A DNA stretch of 64,000 nucleotides from Candidatus Zymogenaceae bacterium (GCA_016931225.1 JAFGFE010000031.1:72746-136745); one strand, 5' to 3'; shown: positions 28,411-36,937, numbered from the stretch's first letter. Translations and numbers: made by a program. Notes: generated by a model not told the origin, from the letters alone.

Positions 28411-29691
28411 TCAATACTTCTCAATACCGCCTTGCTTCATAATCCCGGCCATCGATGTATCGAGGGCCTCGAGCACGAAATCCACCTCCTCGGGTGTGAT
28501 GACCAAAGACGGCATCAGGCGCATGACGGACGGCTCGTTGCCGGTATAGATGGCCATGACGCCGTTTTGCGCAAGCTGATAGCTCATCCGCGGACCGATG
28601 CTGTCGTTGGTGTACTGAAGCCCCATCATCAGGCCCTTTCTCCGCACCTCCAGGAAAAGCTCCGGGTAGCGGGTCAAGAGATCGTCAAAACCCTTTTGAA
28701 ACCGCTCGCCCATTTTCGCCGCATGCTCCGGAATCTTGTTTTCGATCAGCCAGTCGATCACCGCCAATCCCACGATGCATCCAAGGTCGGACCCGCCGAA
28801 GGTCGAGAGGTGGGTGAATGGATGGGTCATCACGAAATCGCCCAGCTCCTCGCGATAGATGGTGGCGGAGATCGGGTACAGGGCGCCGCCAAGGGATTTT
28901 GCGACGGTCATGATGTCGGGGGTGACGCCGAAATGGTCGACGCAGAACATCTTGCCTGTGCGGCCGAACCCGGTCTGGATTTCATCGGCGATAAACAGCA
29001 CCTCGTTGTCGTCGCACAGCTTCCTGACCCCTTCCACGTACTCGGCGGTGGCGGGGTAAATGCCGCCCTCTCCCTGTACCAGCTCCAGCATGATCGCCGC
29101 CGTGTCCTCCGTAATCGCCTCCTCCATGGCCGCCACATCGTTGAACGGAACCTGGACATAGCCGGGCACCATTGGATAGAACGGCTTCTTGTATTCCTCC
29201 CTGCCGATGGCCGCCAGAGAAAAACCGGTGTGTCCGTGATACGCCTTGATGGTGGAGATGATTTCAGACTTCATGGTGAAGCCCCGGGCCAGCTTGATGG
29301 CGAAGTCGTTTGCCTCGCCCCCCCCGCATCCGTACATGGTGTACTGGAGGTCTCCCGGCGTGATCTCGGCGAACTTCTTGGCCAGGTCGGCCTTCGGCTT
29401 GCTGCACATTAAAAAAACGCCCAGATCGTATTCATCGAGGGCGTCCTTGAGGACCTGTATGATCTCCGGATTTCTCCTGCCGACGTTGAAAGATCCGGCC
29501 GAAGTAATACAGTCGATATATTTCGTGCCGGTGATATCCCATACTGTCGCCCCTTCCCGCCTCCCCTCGATGATATCCAATCCCGAATTCGTGAGAACTC
29601 TCGCCTTCTGCGGATTGACGTACTCCGAAAAATCAGCCAACACCTGTTTTTTTACGCTCTCCGCATCCGCCTTACTGAGTGTTTTTGCCAT
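28411..29691 (-). CDS. Class-III (omega) aminotransferase, YgjG-like (copy 2)
   Basis: Collinear paralog of 26711-28000 (EYVNP...[46 protein letters not shown]...AKSL). Start set to ATG 29691. Confidence 0.85.
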   Translation of the reverse strand: MAKTLSKADAESVKKQVLADFSEYVNPQKARVLTNSGLDIIEGRREGATVWDITGTKYIDCITSAGSFNVGRRNPEIIQVLKDALDEYDLGVFLMCSKPKADLAKKFAEITPGDLQYTMYGCGGGEANDFAIKLARGFTMKSEIISTIKAYHGHTGFSLAAIGREEYKKPFYPMVPGYVQVPFNDVAAMEEAITEDTAAIMLELVQGEGGIYPATAEYVEGVRKLCDDNEVLFIADEIQTGFGRTGKMFCVDHFGVTPDIMTVAKSLGGALYPISATIYREELGDFVMTHPFTHLSTFGGSDLGCIVGLAVIDWLIENKIPEHAAKMGERFQKGFDDLLTRYPELFLEVRRKGLMMGLQYTNDSIGPRMSYQLAQNGVMAIYTGNEPSVMRLMPSLVITPEEVDFVLEALDTSMAGIMKQGGIEKY

Positions 29692-29817
29692 GAGTCCCCC
29701 TTTTTCATATGATAGTAAATATTCATGCAATATACATATATGTCGCCTGTTTCATCCTGATTTCATCAAAACGTTCGGACCGATGGATTCGATATTCGTT
29801 ACCGGCATCATCCGCCG

Positions 29818-30471
29818 CTACTTCTTATCTTCAAAGACCGAAATCCCCAACAGCAATATCTCCAGTTGGTTTAAAACCAGCTCGTCGAGATCAAATTCAA
29901 ACCCCCTGGCGCGAAGATATCCCATCATGTCCAAAAGCAGGATTCCTTCAAGGCCCGCCCAGAGGTTGAAGCTCGCCTTGAGGCTGTCGAACGTATCCGA
30001 GAATTCCCCCGACTCGATCGCCTCGGCGACCACATCATGAATGATCGAAATGGCCTGGGCGGTTAATTCCTTGAGACGATCGGACAGCTCTTCCGATTGT
30101 CCCCGACGGGTAAAACCGAGATCGTGGAACGTCAGCATCTCGAAATACTCGGTGTAGTCGGTATAGAATGAATAGTATTCCCTGCAGATGGCCCTCAGGC
30201 GATCTTTGGGCGTCCCCGGTGTCTCCGCGGCCTTTTTAATCAATCCGATAACGACGAGAAAAGCCTCCTCGCATACTTTTGCGTATATTTCGTCTTTCCC
30301 CGAAAAATAGACGTATATGGCGCCGGTGGAGAGCTCCGCCTCCAGGGCGATATCCCGCATGGTCGCGCCGAGATATCCCTTTTGCACAAAGAGGGTGCGC
30401 GCGGCTTTCAGTATTTGTTCGATGCGTTCCTGTTTTTCTGTTTCTATGCGTTTCGCAATAACGTCTTGCAT
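29818..30471 (-). CDS. TetR/AcrR-family transcriptional regulator
   Basis: N-terminal HTH ILKAARTLFVQKGYLGATMRDIALEAELSTGAIYVYF. First gene of the one-directional cluster. Confidence 0.85.
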   Translation of the reverse strand: MQDVIAKRIETEKQERIEQILKAARTLFVQKGYLGATMRDIALEAELSTGAIYVYFSGKDEIYAKVCEEAFLVVIGLIKKAAETPGTPKDRLRAICREYYSFYTDYTEYFEMLTFHDLGFTRRGQSEELSDRLKELTAQAISIIHDVVAEAIESGEFSDTFDSLKASFNLWAGLEGILLLDMMGYLRARGFEFDLDELVLNQLEILLLGISVFEDKK

Positions 30472-30506
30472 GTGGTAGGACCCTTGCGTGGTACCGTGTC
30501 TGGAAT

Positions 30507-30545
30507 GAACAATGTTATGCTACTGAACATCGTTCTTTCTGTCAA
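30507..30545 (-). promoter_or_regulatory. Candidate tetR promoter with two GAACA-N-TGTTC-like operator boxes
   Basis: The minus strand has TTGACA (30540-30545), a 17-nt spacer and TAGCAT (30517-30522). The imperfect 11-bp palindromes are GAACATCGTTC (30525-30535, in the spacer) and GAACAATGTTA (30507-30517, abutting -10). Confidence 0.5.
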
Positions 30546-30618
30546 GAAAAAATCACGACAATGTGAGTTCTCTTTGTGATACGATCTTCACCCAACGTTT
30601 CACTTTCCCCTTCGTATT

Positions 30619-30648
30619 AAAAAAAAGAACCCTCCGTTTGGAGGGTTC
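30619..30648 (-). terminator. Intrinsic terminator after tsaC
   Basis: Perfect 9-bp stem GAACCCTCC/GGAGGGTTC (30627-30635 with 30640-30648) with a 4-nt loop. An 8-nt A-run on plus gives the U-run on the minus transcript. Confidence 0.8.
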
Positions 30649-30717
30649 TCACATCGTCGATCAGTATATCAGCTGAATGAATCTTTTCACCATATACGGA
30701 CTTGTACGTCCAGATAC

Positions 30718-31332
30718 CTATTCCATCAGAAATGAGACGTCCCCCTTTCCCTCCCGCTCAATGACCGGTTCTTTTCCGGTTAGATCAAGTATCGTGGAAT
30801 GATGGGGCGATATACGCCCGCCGTCCACCACCAGATCGATTTTCCCACTCAGCCGATCCGCAATTTCTTCCGCATCATTGAAAAGCTCGTTCGCGGGATT
30901 CCTGACACTGGTGGTGATAATCGGGTTTCCCAGCGTCTGGGCCATGGCGATGCAGATATTGTTGTCAGGTATGCGAATGCCGACGGTTTTGCGTTTTGAG
31001 AGTATGTCCTTCGGAACCTTTCGCGACGCCTCAAGAATAAACGTATATGGACCCGGCGTCAGCGTTTTCATCAGTTGAAACGCCTCGTTTGTCATTGTGC
31101 CGTAGTTGCTAATGTCCTTAAAATCCGCAACGATCAGGCTCAGGGGTTTATTCGGGTCTTTCCCCTTTATCTGATACAGGCGTTCGAGGGCCCCTTTCTG
31201 AAAAATGTCACACCCGATCCCATAGATGGTGTCTGTGGGATACGCAACAACGCCTCCGTCCTTAAACGCCTCGACTACCAGATTGACGAGGCGCTGTTGC
31301 GGATTATCCGGATTAATTTTGAGAATTTGCAT
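30718..31332 (-). CDS. tsaC: L-threonylcarbamoyladenylate synthase (YrdC/TsaC family)
   Basis: VVAYPTDTIYGIGCD, KGKDPNKPLSL, PGPYTFIL and VGIRIP. Start set to ATG 31332 (MQILKIN). Confidence 0.8.
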   Translation of the reverse strand: MQILKINPDNPQQRLVNLVVEAFKDGGVVAYPTDTIYGIGCDIFQKGALERLYQIKGKDPNKPLSLIVADFKDISNYGTMTNEAFQLMKTLTPGPYTFILEASRKVPKDILSKRKTVGIRIPDNNICIAMAQTLGNPIITTSVRNPANELFNDAEEIADRLSGKIDLVVDGGRISPHHSTILDLTGKEPVIEREGKGDVSFLME

Positions 31333-31455
31333 ATTGTATGTACCTCCACCTTCCATCTAACACGACGCGCGATGTATTGTCAATGCCAAGATGCATCATG
31401 GATGTGAAAAAAGAGAGTGAGAGGGCATCGGTTCCATGACTGTGTCCTATAAAGC

Positions 31456-31485
31456 TTGACAAGAATGTGCACAGAGGAATATAAT
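31456..31485 (+). promoter_or_regulatory. Consensus-hexamer promoter for the zinc-ribbon response regulator
   Basis: TTGACA (31456-31461), an 18-nt spacer and TATAAT (31480-31485). The implied leader is very short. Confidence 0.5.
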
Positions 31486-31499
31486 TTAAAAGGATATCT

Positions 31500-32300
31500 A
31501 TGGGTTACCCTATGTCTCTGATCGAAACTCGATGCCCGAAATGCAATAAGAAGATATTTCTCGATTTGGAGGAAATCGTTACCACCAGCAGTTCGTCTCC
31601 AATCAAGTGCTCTCAATGCGGCAACGAGTTTATCTTCGGATTCGACTCCGACGCCATTGTGATTTCCGACGAGAGCGCTGTGTTAGACAATGGTGAAACT
31701 CCCGTGATCGGTGCGGTTTCACACGACGATACGACATCCAATATTGTATATATTGATACGTCCGATACGTCATCGACTGCCGCGAACACCGTCGATGCCG
31801 AGAGGTTTTCAGAGGAACCGGAAGTCATATCCGAGGAAGTCATCACCGAACCATCCGTTGATCCGACCGGTAAGAAAAAACTGGTTAAAAAGGTGATCGT
31901 CAAAAAAGTCAAGAAGCAAAAACCAAAAGCCAACAAAAAGGTCCTCATTATCGAGGACTCAACGCTCACCAGACTGCAAATCGCGGAAATGTTCTCCGAA
32001 TTGGTAACCGATGTGATTGAGGCGGGGAGCGCCGAAGACGGCCTTGTGGAATTGAAAAAGGGAAAACCTGATCTCCTCATAGTCGACCTCTTGCTTCCCC
32101 GCATGTCCGGACTTGAGCTGGTCAACAGAATCAAAAAATATATCCCCGCAGACAGGATAATTATCTTTACCGGAGCCCAGGATATGTTTCTCGATATCTT
32201 CAACGAAGGCATGGAAGGGCTGAACCTGATACAGAAAGGCGGTCCCGACACGTATGAAACACTCAGGGAAAAGGGATCGGATATTCTTCAAATTCAGTAG
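31500..32300 (+). CDS. Orphan response regulator with an N-terminal zinc ribbon, a charged linker and a REC domain
   Basis: CPKCNKK...CSQCGNEF (MJ0042-like ribbon), an acidic S/T-rich stretch and KKKLVKKVIVKKVKKQKPKANKK. The receiver follows (VLIIEDS...DLLIVDLLLPRMSG...IIIFTG). An alternative ATG lies at 31512. Confidence 0.75.
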   Translation: MGYPMSLIETRCPKCNKKIFLDLEEIVTTSSSSPIKCSQCGNEFIFGFDSDAIVISDESAVLDNGETPVIGAVSHDDTTSNIVYIDTSDTSSTAANTVDAERFSEEPEVISEEVITEPSVDPTGKKKLVKKVIVKKVKKQKPKANKKVLIIEDSTLTRLQIAEMFSELVTDVIEAGSAEDGLVELKKGKPDLLIVDLLLPRMSGLELVNRIKKYIPADRIIIFTGAQDMFLDIFNEGMEGLNLIQKGGPDTYETLREKGSDILQIQ

Positions 32301-32331
32301 TAATTATGGCATACGACCCTTACAATAAATC

Positions 32332-32369
32332 ATGCCGATGGATTCAGAGTGAATCCATCGGCATTTTTT
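32332..32369. terminator. Strong hairpin terminator between convergent genes (response regulator and nikMN)
   Basis: A 14-15 bp perfect stem ATGCCGATGGATTC/GAATCCATCGGCAT is followed by TTTTTT on plus. The minus side is U-rich. Confidence 0.8.
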
Positions 32370-32399
32370 CGGCCGTCGAGATATTTTGTCTTTTCCCTT

Positions 32400-32726
32400 C
32401 TACTTCTCACTCTTTCTGAAAATCAACGCCAAACCAAATCCCAGGCCGAACATAACCAGTGTTCCGATGATCCCGGCAACCCGTACCGATATATTCGCTT
32501 CTTCTCCCAGTGCGGGAACGGTATAATCGGGGAGCGGGCTCCCCTCCCATACTGCCTCTTCGCCCTTATCGATAAAGGTTAGATCTTCCGGCACTCCGAA
32601 TTCCGCCACCCATTCCAAACCGTCCGGATCGCTGGAGGCATACGGTGACAGGAAGAAGGCGACGGCCGCCGCCACGATCAAAAGGATAACCACCAAAGCA
32701 GAAAATCTCTTAGTCTTCTTATCCAT
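32400..32726 (-). CDS. PDGLE-domain small membrane protein (NikN/CbiN-type ECF accessory component)
   Basis: N-terminal TM followed by SSDPDGLEWV and a C-terminal TM. Overlaps the nikM stop by 8 nt. Confidence 0.7.
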   Translation of the reverse strand: MDKKTKRFSALVVILLIVAAAVAFFLSPYASSDPDGLEWVAEFGVPEDLTFIDKGEEAVWEGSPLPDYTVPALGEEANISVRVAGIIGTLVMFGLGFGLALIFRKSEK

Positions 32727-33399
32727 CCGCCAGCACCTCCTTGCTCAGTCCAAGTGACGGCTCTTCCGACCATGCGAACACCATATCAGGCCTGGCGCTC
32801 AGGACAGTCGCCGTAACCGCAGTGGTGATGAGAGCTTCGCCGATGCCGATGAGCGCATGCGTCGTCGTCATGACCGGGAACACAACTCCGAAGGGGATGG
32901 TGCCGGATATGGACAGTTCAAGGCTGCACGTCGCTGCGGCCAATACCACCGACAACCACGACGCGACGGCGACAGCGCTGATGAATGATTTCTTATTTTT
33001 GGGTAACAGCTTCAGTATCCCGATCAGTATAAAATACACAAGTACTCCGCCGATTAAACCCATGTTCATGACATTCGCTCCCAGTGCGGTGATGCCGCCG
33101 TCCGCGAATAACAGGGCTTGTACAGCCAATACGAGGGTCATTACCCAAAAGCCCGCCGACGGGCCCAATAGGACGCAGGCGAGGATCGCTCCGAGAAAAT
33201 GACCGCTCGTTCCGCCGCCGATGGGAAAATTCATCATCTGTGCTGCGAAGATGAATGCGGCGCACACACCGGCCATCGGGACGAGCCGGTCGGCAAAATA
33301 TTTTTTTGCCCGATACACCGCGAATCCACCCGTTACGGCACTCACCGCATACGTAGCGACGCTTACCGGTGTGGATAGGAATCCATCTGGGATATGCAT
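32719..33399 (-). CDS. nikM: CbiM/NikM substrate-capture component of an ECF metal transporter
   Basis: Start set to ATG 33399, giving the N-terminus MHIPDGFLS. AAGGAG lies 8 nt upstream. The protein is a multi-pass membrane protein. Confidence 0.8.
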   Translation of the reverse strand: MHIPDGFLSTPVSVATYAVSAVTGGFAVYRAKKYFADRLVPMAGVCAAFIFAAQMMNFPIGGGTSGHFLGAILACVLLGPSAGFWVMTLVLAVQALLFADGGITALGANVMNMGLIGGVLVYFILIGILKLLPKNKKSFISAVAVASWLSVVLAAATCSLELSISGTIPFGVVFPVMTTTHALIGIGEALITTAVTATVLSARPDMVFAWSEEPSLGLSKEVLADG

Positions 33400-33424
33400 G
33401 CTTTTCTCTCCTTTCACTCTATTA

Positions 33425-33850
33425 TCAAGTCAAATCCGATCCTGTTGTCGTCAAAACAAGTTTTCCATGTTTTACACCCTTGGTGCTTATCAGGTTCTCT
33501 CCCACCTGAATGATTTGTTTGGCGCTCCCCTTGAGAACGATGATCTCCATGCAATTGTGGTGATCAAGGTGTATGTGAAGCGACGAGTGAACAATATTGT
33601 GACTCTCGTGCTGAATGTCCGTCAATTTCATCTGAAGATCGGGCCTGTGATGATCATACACCATGGTCAGAACCGCCATCTTACTCCGGTTGCCGTCTTC
33701 CTCCTCCCATTCCCTCCGGACAAGACGATCACGGATGAGATCGCGTATCGCCTCCGACCTGTTCTGATAGCCCTTCTTTTCGATATATTCATCAAATTTA
33801 TCGAGCAGCTCACCGTCAAGTGATACACCAAAACGTTTCGTGTTACTCAT
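33425..33850 (-). CDS. nikR: Nickel-responsive regulator NikR (ribbon-helix-helix plus ACT-like metal domain)
   Basis: RFGVSLDGELLDKFDEYIEKKGYQNRSEAIRDLIRD (CopG RHH) followed by a His-rich metal domain (YDHH...HESH..VH..LHIHLDHHNC). Confidence 0.85.
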   Translation of the reverse strand: MSNTKRFGVSLDGELLDKFDEYIEKKGYQNRSEAIRDLIRDRLVRREWEEEDGNRSKMAVLTMVYDHHRPDLQMKLTDIQHESHNIVHSSLHIHLDHHNCMEIIVLKGSAKQIIQVGENLISTKGVKHGKLVLTTTGSDLT

Positions 33851-33881
33851 GGCAATAAATCGTGCTACTATTTATAAATAC

Positions 33882-33906
33882 GTGTTATCTTTATACCATG
33901 TACCAC
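33882..33906. promoter_or_regulatory. Candidate NikR operator in the nikR/ATPase divergent region
   Basis: GTGTTAT-N11-GTACCAC is an imperfect dyad. It resembles the GTGTTAC...GTAACAC NikR box I recall for delta-proteobacteria and archaea, and lies 32-56 nt upstream of the nikR ATG. A second dyad ACTGTCAA-N14-TTGTCAGT lies at 33918-33947. Confidence 0.3.
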
Positions 33907-33995
33907 GCTCTCATAATACTGTCAAGGAAATTTTTATGGTTGTCAGTGTTTCTTTTTTGATATACAGTATCCGACACAATGCAAAATACGGTATT

Positions 33996-34961
33996 ATGGA
34001 ATCAATCCTCTCCATCTCACATCTCACAACCGGTTTTCTGACCGACTCCGGCTTTCTCAAGGCCGTGGACGGCGTCGATTTTTCCATCGGCAGGGGCGAA
34101 ACGATAGGCCTGGTCGGAGAAAGCGGGTGCGGCAAGAGCGTGACGGCACTGTCAATCATGCGGCTTATTCCCTCCCCTCCCGGCAGAATCGTGTCGGGAG
34201 ACATCACCTTTGAGGGAACAAACCTCACCACCCTCTCCGAGAAAGAAATGCGGGTAATCCGCGGTGATCATATCTCGATGATCTTCCAGGAACCGATGAC
34301 GTCCTTGAACCCGGTATTCACCATCGGAGACCAGATCGGAGAGATGTTCGCTTTTCACCGGAAACTTTCCAAAAAGGAAATCCTGGAGGCGACCCTTCAC
34401 CTCCTCTCCCAGGTGGGCATGGCGGCTCCCAGAAGGGTGGTGTCGTCCTACCCGCATCAGCTTTCCGGCGGGCAGAGACAGAGGGTGATGATCGCAATGG
34501 CCCTCGCCCTGTCCCCGTCTTTGATGATAGCGGATGAGCCCACCACCGCCCTGGACGTGACCATCCAGGCGGCGATATTGGAGCTTCTCGTTTCCCTGAA
34601 GGTCGAGCGCCGGATGTCCTTGATTCTCATTACCCACGATCTGGGCGTGGTATCCGAAGTCGCCCAACGGGTATCGGTGATGTACGCCGGGCAGATCGTT
34701 GAGGAATCCCGTGTATCCGATCTCTTCAGTGAACCGCTGCATCCCTACACCCAGGGACTCATTCGATCACTGCCGCAGACAAAAGCTTCACACAATCGCC
34801 TCTATACCATCCCGGGCGCGGTGCCGAAGCTCTCGGCGATTCCCCCCGGCTGCAGGTTTCACCCTCGATGCGATCGAGTTATGGACATCTGCCGCCGGGA
34901 GGCGCCGGGCATGTTTTCCCCCGACAACACACGAAAGGTGCGATGCTGGCTCTATGGGTGA
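33996..34961 (+). CDS. Opp/Dpp/Nik-type ABC transporter ATP-binding protein (OppD/NikD-like)
   Basis: GESGCGKS, LSGGQRQR, IADEPTTALD and a C-terminal Cys motif CRFHPRCDRVMDIC. An alternative start ATG 33936 has an AAGGA SD but adds 20 atypical residues. Confidence 0.8.
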   Translation: MESILSISHLTTGFLTDSGFLKAVDGVDFSIGRGETIGLVGESGCGKSVTALSIMRLIPSPPGRIVSGDITFEGTNLTTLSEKEMRVIRGDHISMIFQEPMTSLNPVFTIGDQIGEMFAFHRKLSKKEILEATLHLLSQVGMAAPRRVVSSYPHQLSGGQRQRVMIAMALALSPSLMIADEPTTALDVTIQAAILELLVSLKVERRMSLILITHDLGVVSEVAQRVSVMYAGQIVEESRVSDLFSEPLHPYTQGLIRSLPQTKASHNRLYTIPGAVPKLSAIPPGCRFHPRCDRVMDICRREAPGMFSPDNTRKVRCWLYG

Positions 34962-35925
34962 TTCACAGACGCTTCTTTCAATAGATCATGTCACGAAGCA
35001 TTACCCGGTGGGAAGTGAGCAGTTCGGTAAGCAGAAACTCATGGTCCGGGCGGTTGACGACGTGACGTTCACCATACGCCGTGGAGAGACCCTGGGGCTG
35101 GTAGGGGAAAGCGGCTGCGGAAAGAGCACCATCGGGAGGATCATTCTCAACCTCGAGAAACCGACCGACGGCACCGTCTGGTTCGACGGCCGGGACATTT
35201 CCCTGTTGAGCAGGCGTGAGACACAGGCGTTCAGATCGAAGCTGCAGATTATCTTTCAGGACCCCTACTCGTCCCTCAATCCGAGAAAATCGGTGGCCTC
35301 TATTATCGGCGAGGGGATGATTATTCACGGCAAGACCACACGTCGCGAGCGGGACGATCGGGTGCGGGAATACTTACAGCTGGTGGGGCTCTCAGAAGAC
35401 CACCTGACCCGGTATCCCCACGAGTTCAGCGGCGGCCAGCGTCAGCGTATCGGCGTCGCCCGGGCCCTGGCCCTCGATCCCGACCTCATCGTGGCCGACG
35501 AGCCGGTTTCCGCCCTCGACGTCTCCATCCAGGCCCAGATACTCAATCTGATGATCGACCTGAAAGAGAAGCTCGGCCTGACATACCTGTTCATCTCCCA
35601 CGATCTGTCTGTGGTGGAGTACATCAGTGACCGTGTGGCGGTGATGTATTTGGGAAAGATTGTGGAATTTTCCGAGAAGACCCTTCTCTATGCCGACCCC
35701 CTGCATCCGTACACGACGGCGCTCCTTTCGGCGGTTCCCGCGGTGGGGGCGTCGAAAAAAACAGAGCGCATCGTCCTTTCGGGAGACATCCCCAATCCTA
35801 TATTCCCCCCGCCGGGTTGTCGGTTTCATACCCGATGTCCGGAGGCCCAGGACGTCTGTAAAAAAGAAGAGCCGCCGCTCGAAGAAAAGAGCGGCGGCCG
35901 CTGGTGCGCCTGTCACTTTCGATAG
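34954..35925 (+). CDS. Opp/Dpp/Nik-type ABC transporter ATP-binding protein (OppF/NikE-like)
   Basis: GESGCGKST, FSGGQRQR, VADEPVSALD and CRFHTRCPEAQDVC. ATG 34954 overlaps the upstream stop by 8 nt. Confidence 0.8.
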   Translation: MGDSQTLLSIDHVTKHYPVGSEQFGKQKLMVRAVDDVTFTIRRGETLGLVGESGCGKSTIGRIILNLEKPTDGTVWFDGRDISLLSRRETQAFRSKLQIIFQDPYSSLNPRKSVASIIGEGMIIHGKTTRRERDDRVREYLQLVGLSEDHLTRYPHEFSGGQRQRIGVARALALDPDLIVADEPVSALDVSIQAQILNLMIDLKEKLGLTYLFISHDLSVVEYISDRVAVMYLGKIVEFSEKTLLYADPLHPYTTALLSAVPAVGASKKTERIVLSGDIPNPIFPPPGCRFHTRCPEAQDVCKKEEPPLEEKSGGRWCACHFR

Positions 35926-35975
35926 AACGAACGACTCGTTCTCATACCGTCGGTTTCATCACACGTGACGGCTGT

Positions 35976-36911
35976 TTATTTCGGCATGTGTGCGTTCAGC
36001 CAACCGATGACGTCGCTGAACACCTCTTTACGGTTCGTCTCGTTGAGCATTTCATGACGGCCGTTCTCATACAACTTGATGCTGACGTCCTCTATCCCGG
36101 CCTTCTTGTAGAGATTATAGACCTCCCGGACACCCTTGCCGTTGTTGCCCACCGGGTCCTTTTCCCCGGAAAAGAGATAGATCGGCAGGGTCTTGGGCAT
36201 CCGGGCCACGCCCTCCGGCTTGAACAGCAGGGGCATGGCGGTAAGCATGTCCAGAAAGCCGCCCGCGCTGAATACAAATCCGCAGTAGGGATCATCGACA
36301 TACTTATCCACTTCAGCCTCATCCCGGCTGAGCCAGTCGAATTCCGTACGGGCCGGCTTGAAGGCGTTGTTGAACTTTCCGAAGGAGAGCTTCGCCAGCA
36401 ACTCGCTTGGGGTGTTCCTCCCCTTTTTTTTACACTCCCTCTTTGCCACGAGAACCCCCAGTTTTCCCAGAAGCCCGGGATCGCCCATGGTTCCAGAGAG
36501 AATCGCACCGGACAGTCTCTTTCCATGCTGTAGGAGGTATGTTCTTCCCAGCATGGAGCCCATGCTGTGTCCGAAGAAAAAGACAGGCGCTTTCGGATAT
36601 TCTTTCTCCATATGATCGGTAATCATGGCAAGGTCATCGACGACCTTCTGCCAACCGTCTTCGTCCGCGAAGAAACCGGCACGATCCAGCGACCCGGCCG
36701 TCTTTCCGTGTCCCCGGTGGTCGTCGGCGTATACCGCAAATCCCTCATCAACCAGGGCATTTGCGAATCGTTCATACCGGGCCGCGTGTTCCGCCATACC
36801 GTGGGCTATCTGGATAACAGCCTTGACGTCCTTTTCATCATCGGGCTTCCAGGTATACACGAATATCTCGGCCCCGTCCCGTGCCTTCAACGTGATGGTT
36901 CCAGATTTCAT
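35976..36911 (-). CDS. Alpha/beta hydrolase, lysophospholipase/monoacylglycerol-lipase-like
   Basis: HGMAEHAARY, DHRGHGKT and the nucleophile elbow GHSMGS. Confidence 0.75.
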   Translation of the reverse strand: MKSGTITLKARDGAEIFVYTWKPDDEKDVKAVIQIAHGMAEHAARYERFANALVDEGFAVYADDHRGHGKTAGSLDRAGFFADEDGWQKVVDDLAMITDHMEKEYPKAPVFFFGHSMGSMLGRTYLLQHGKRLSGAILSGTMGDPGLLGKLGVLVAKRECKKKGRNTPSELLAKLSFGKFNNAFKPARTEFDWLSRDEAEVDKYVDDPYCGFVFSAGGFLDMLTAMPLLFKPEGVARMPKTLPIYLFSGEKDPVGNNGKGVREVYNLYKKAGIEDVSIKLYENGRHEMLNETNRKEVFSDVIGWLNAHMPK

Positions 36912-36937
36912 ATATGCCCCCTTTTAAATAAGTGTTC

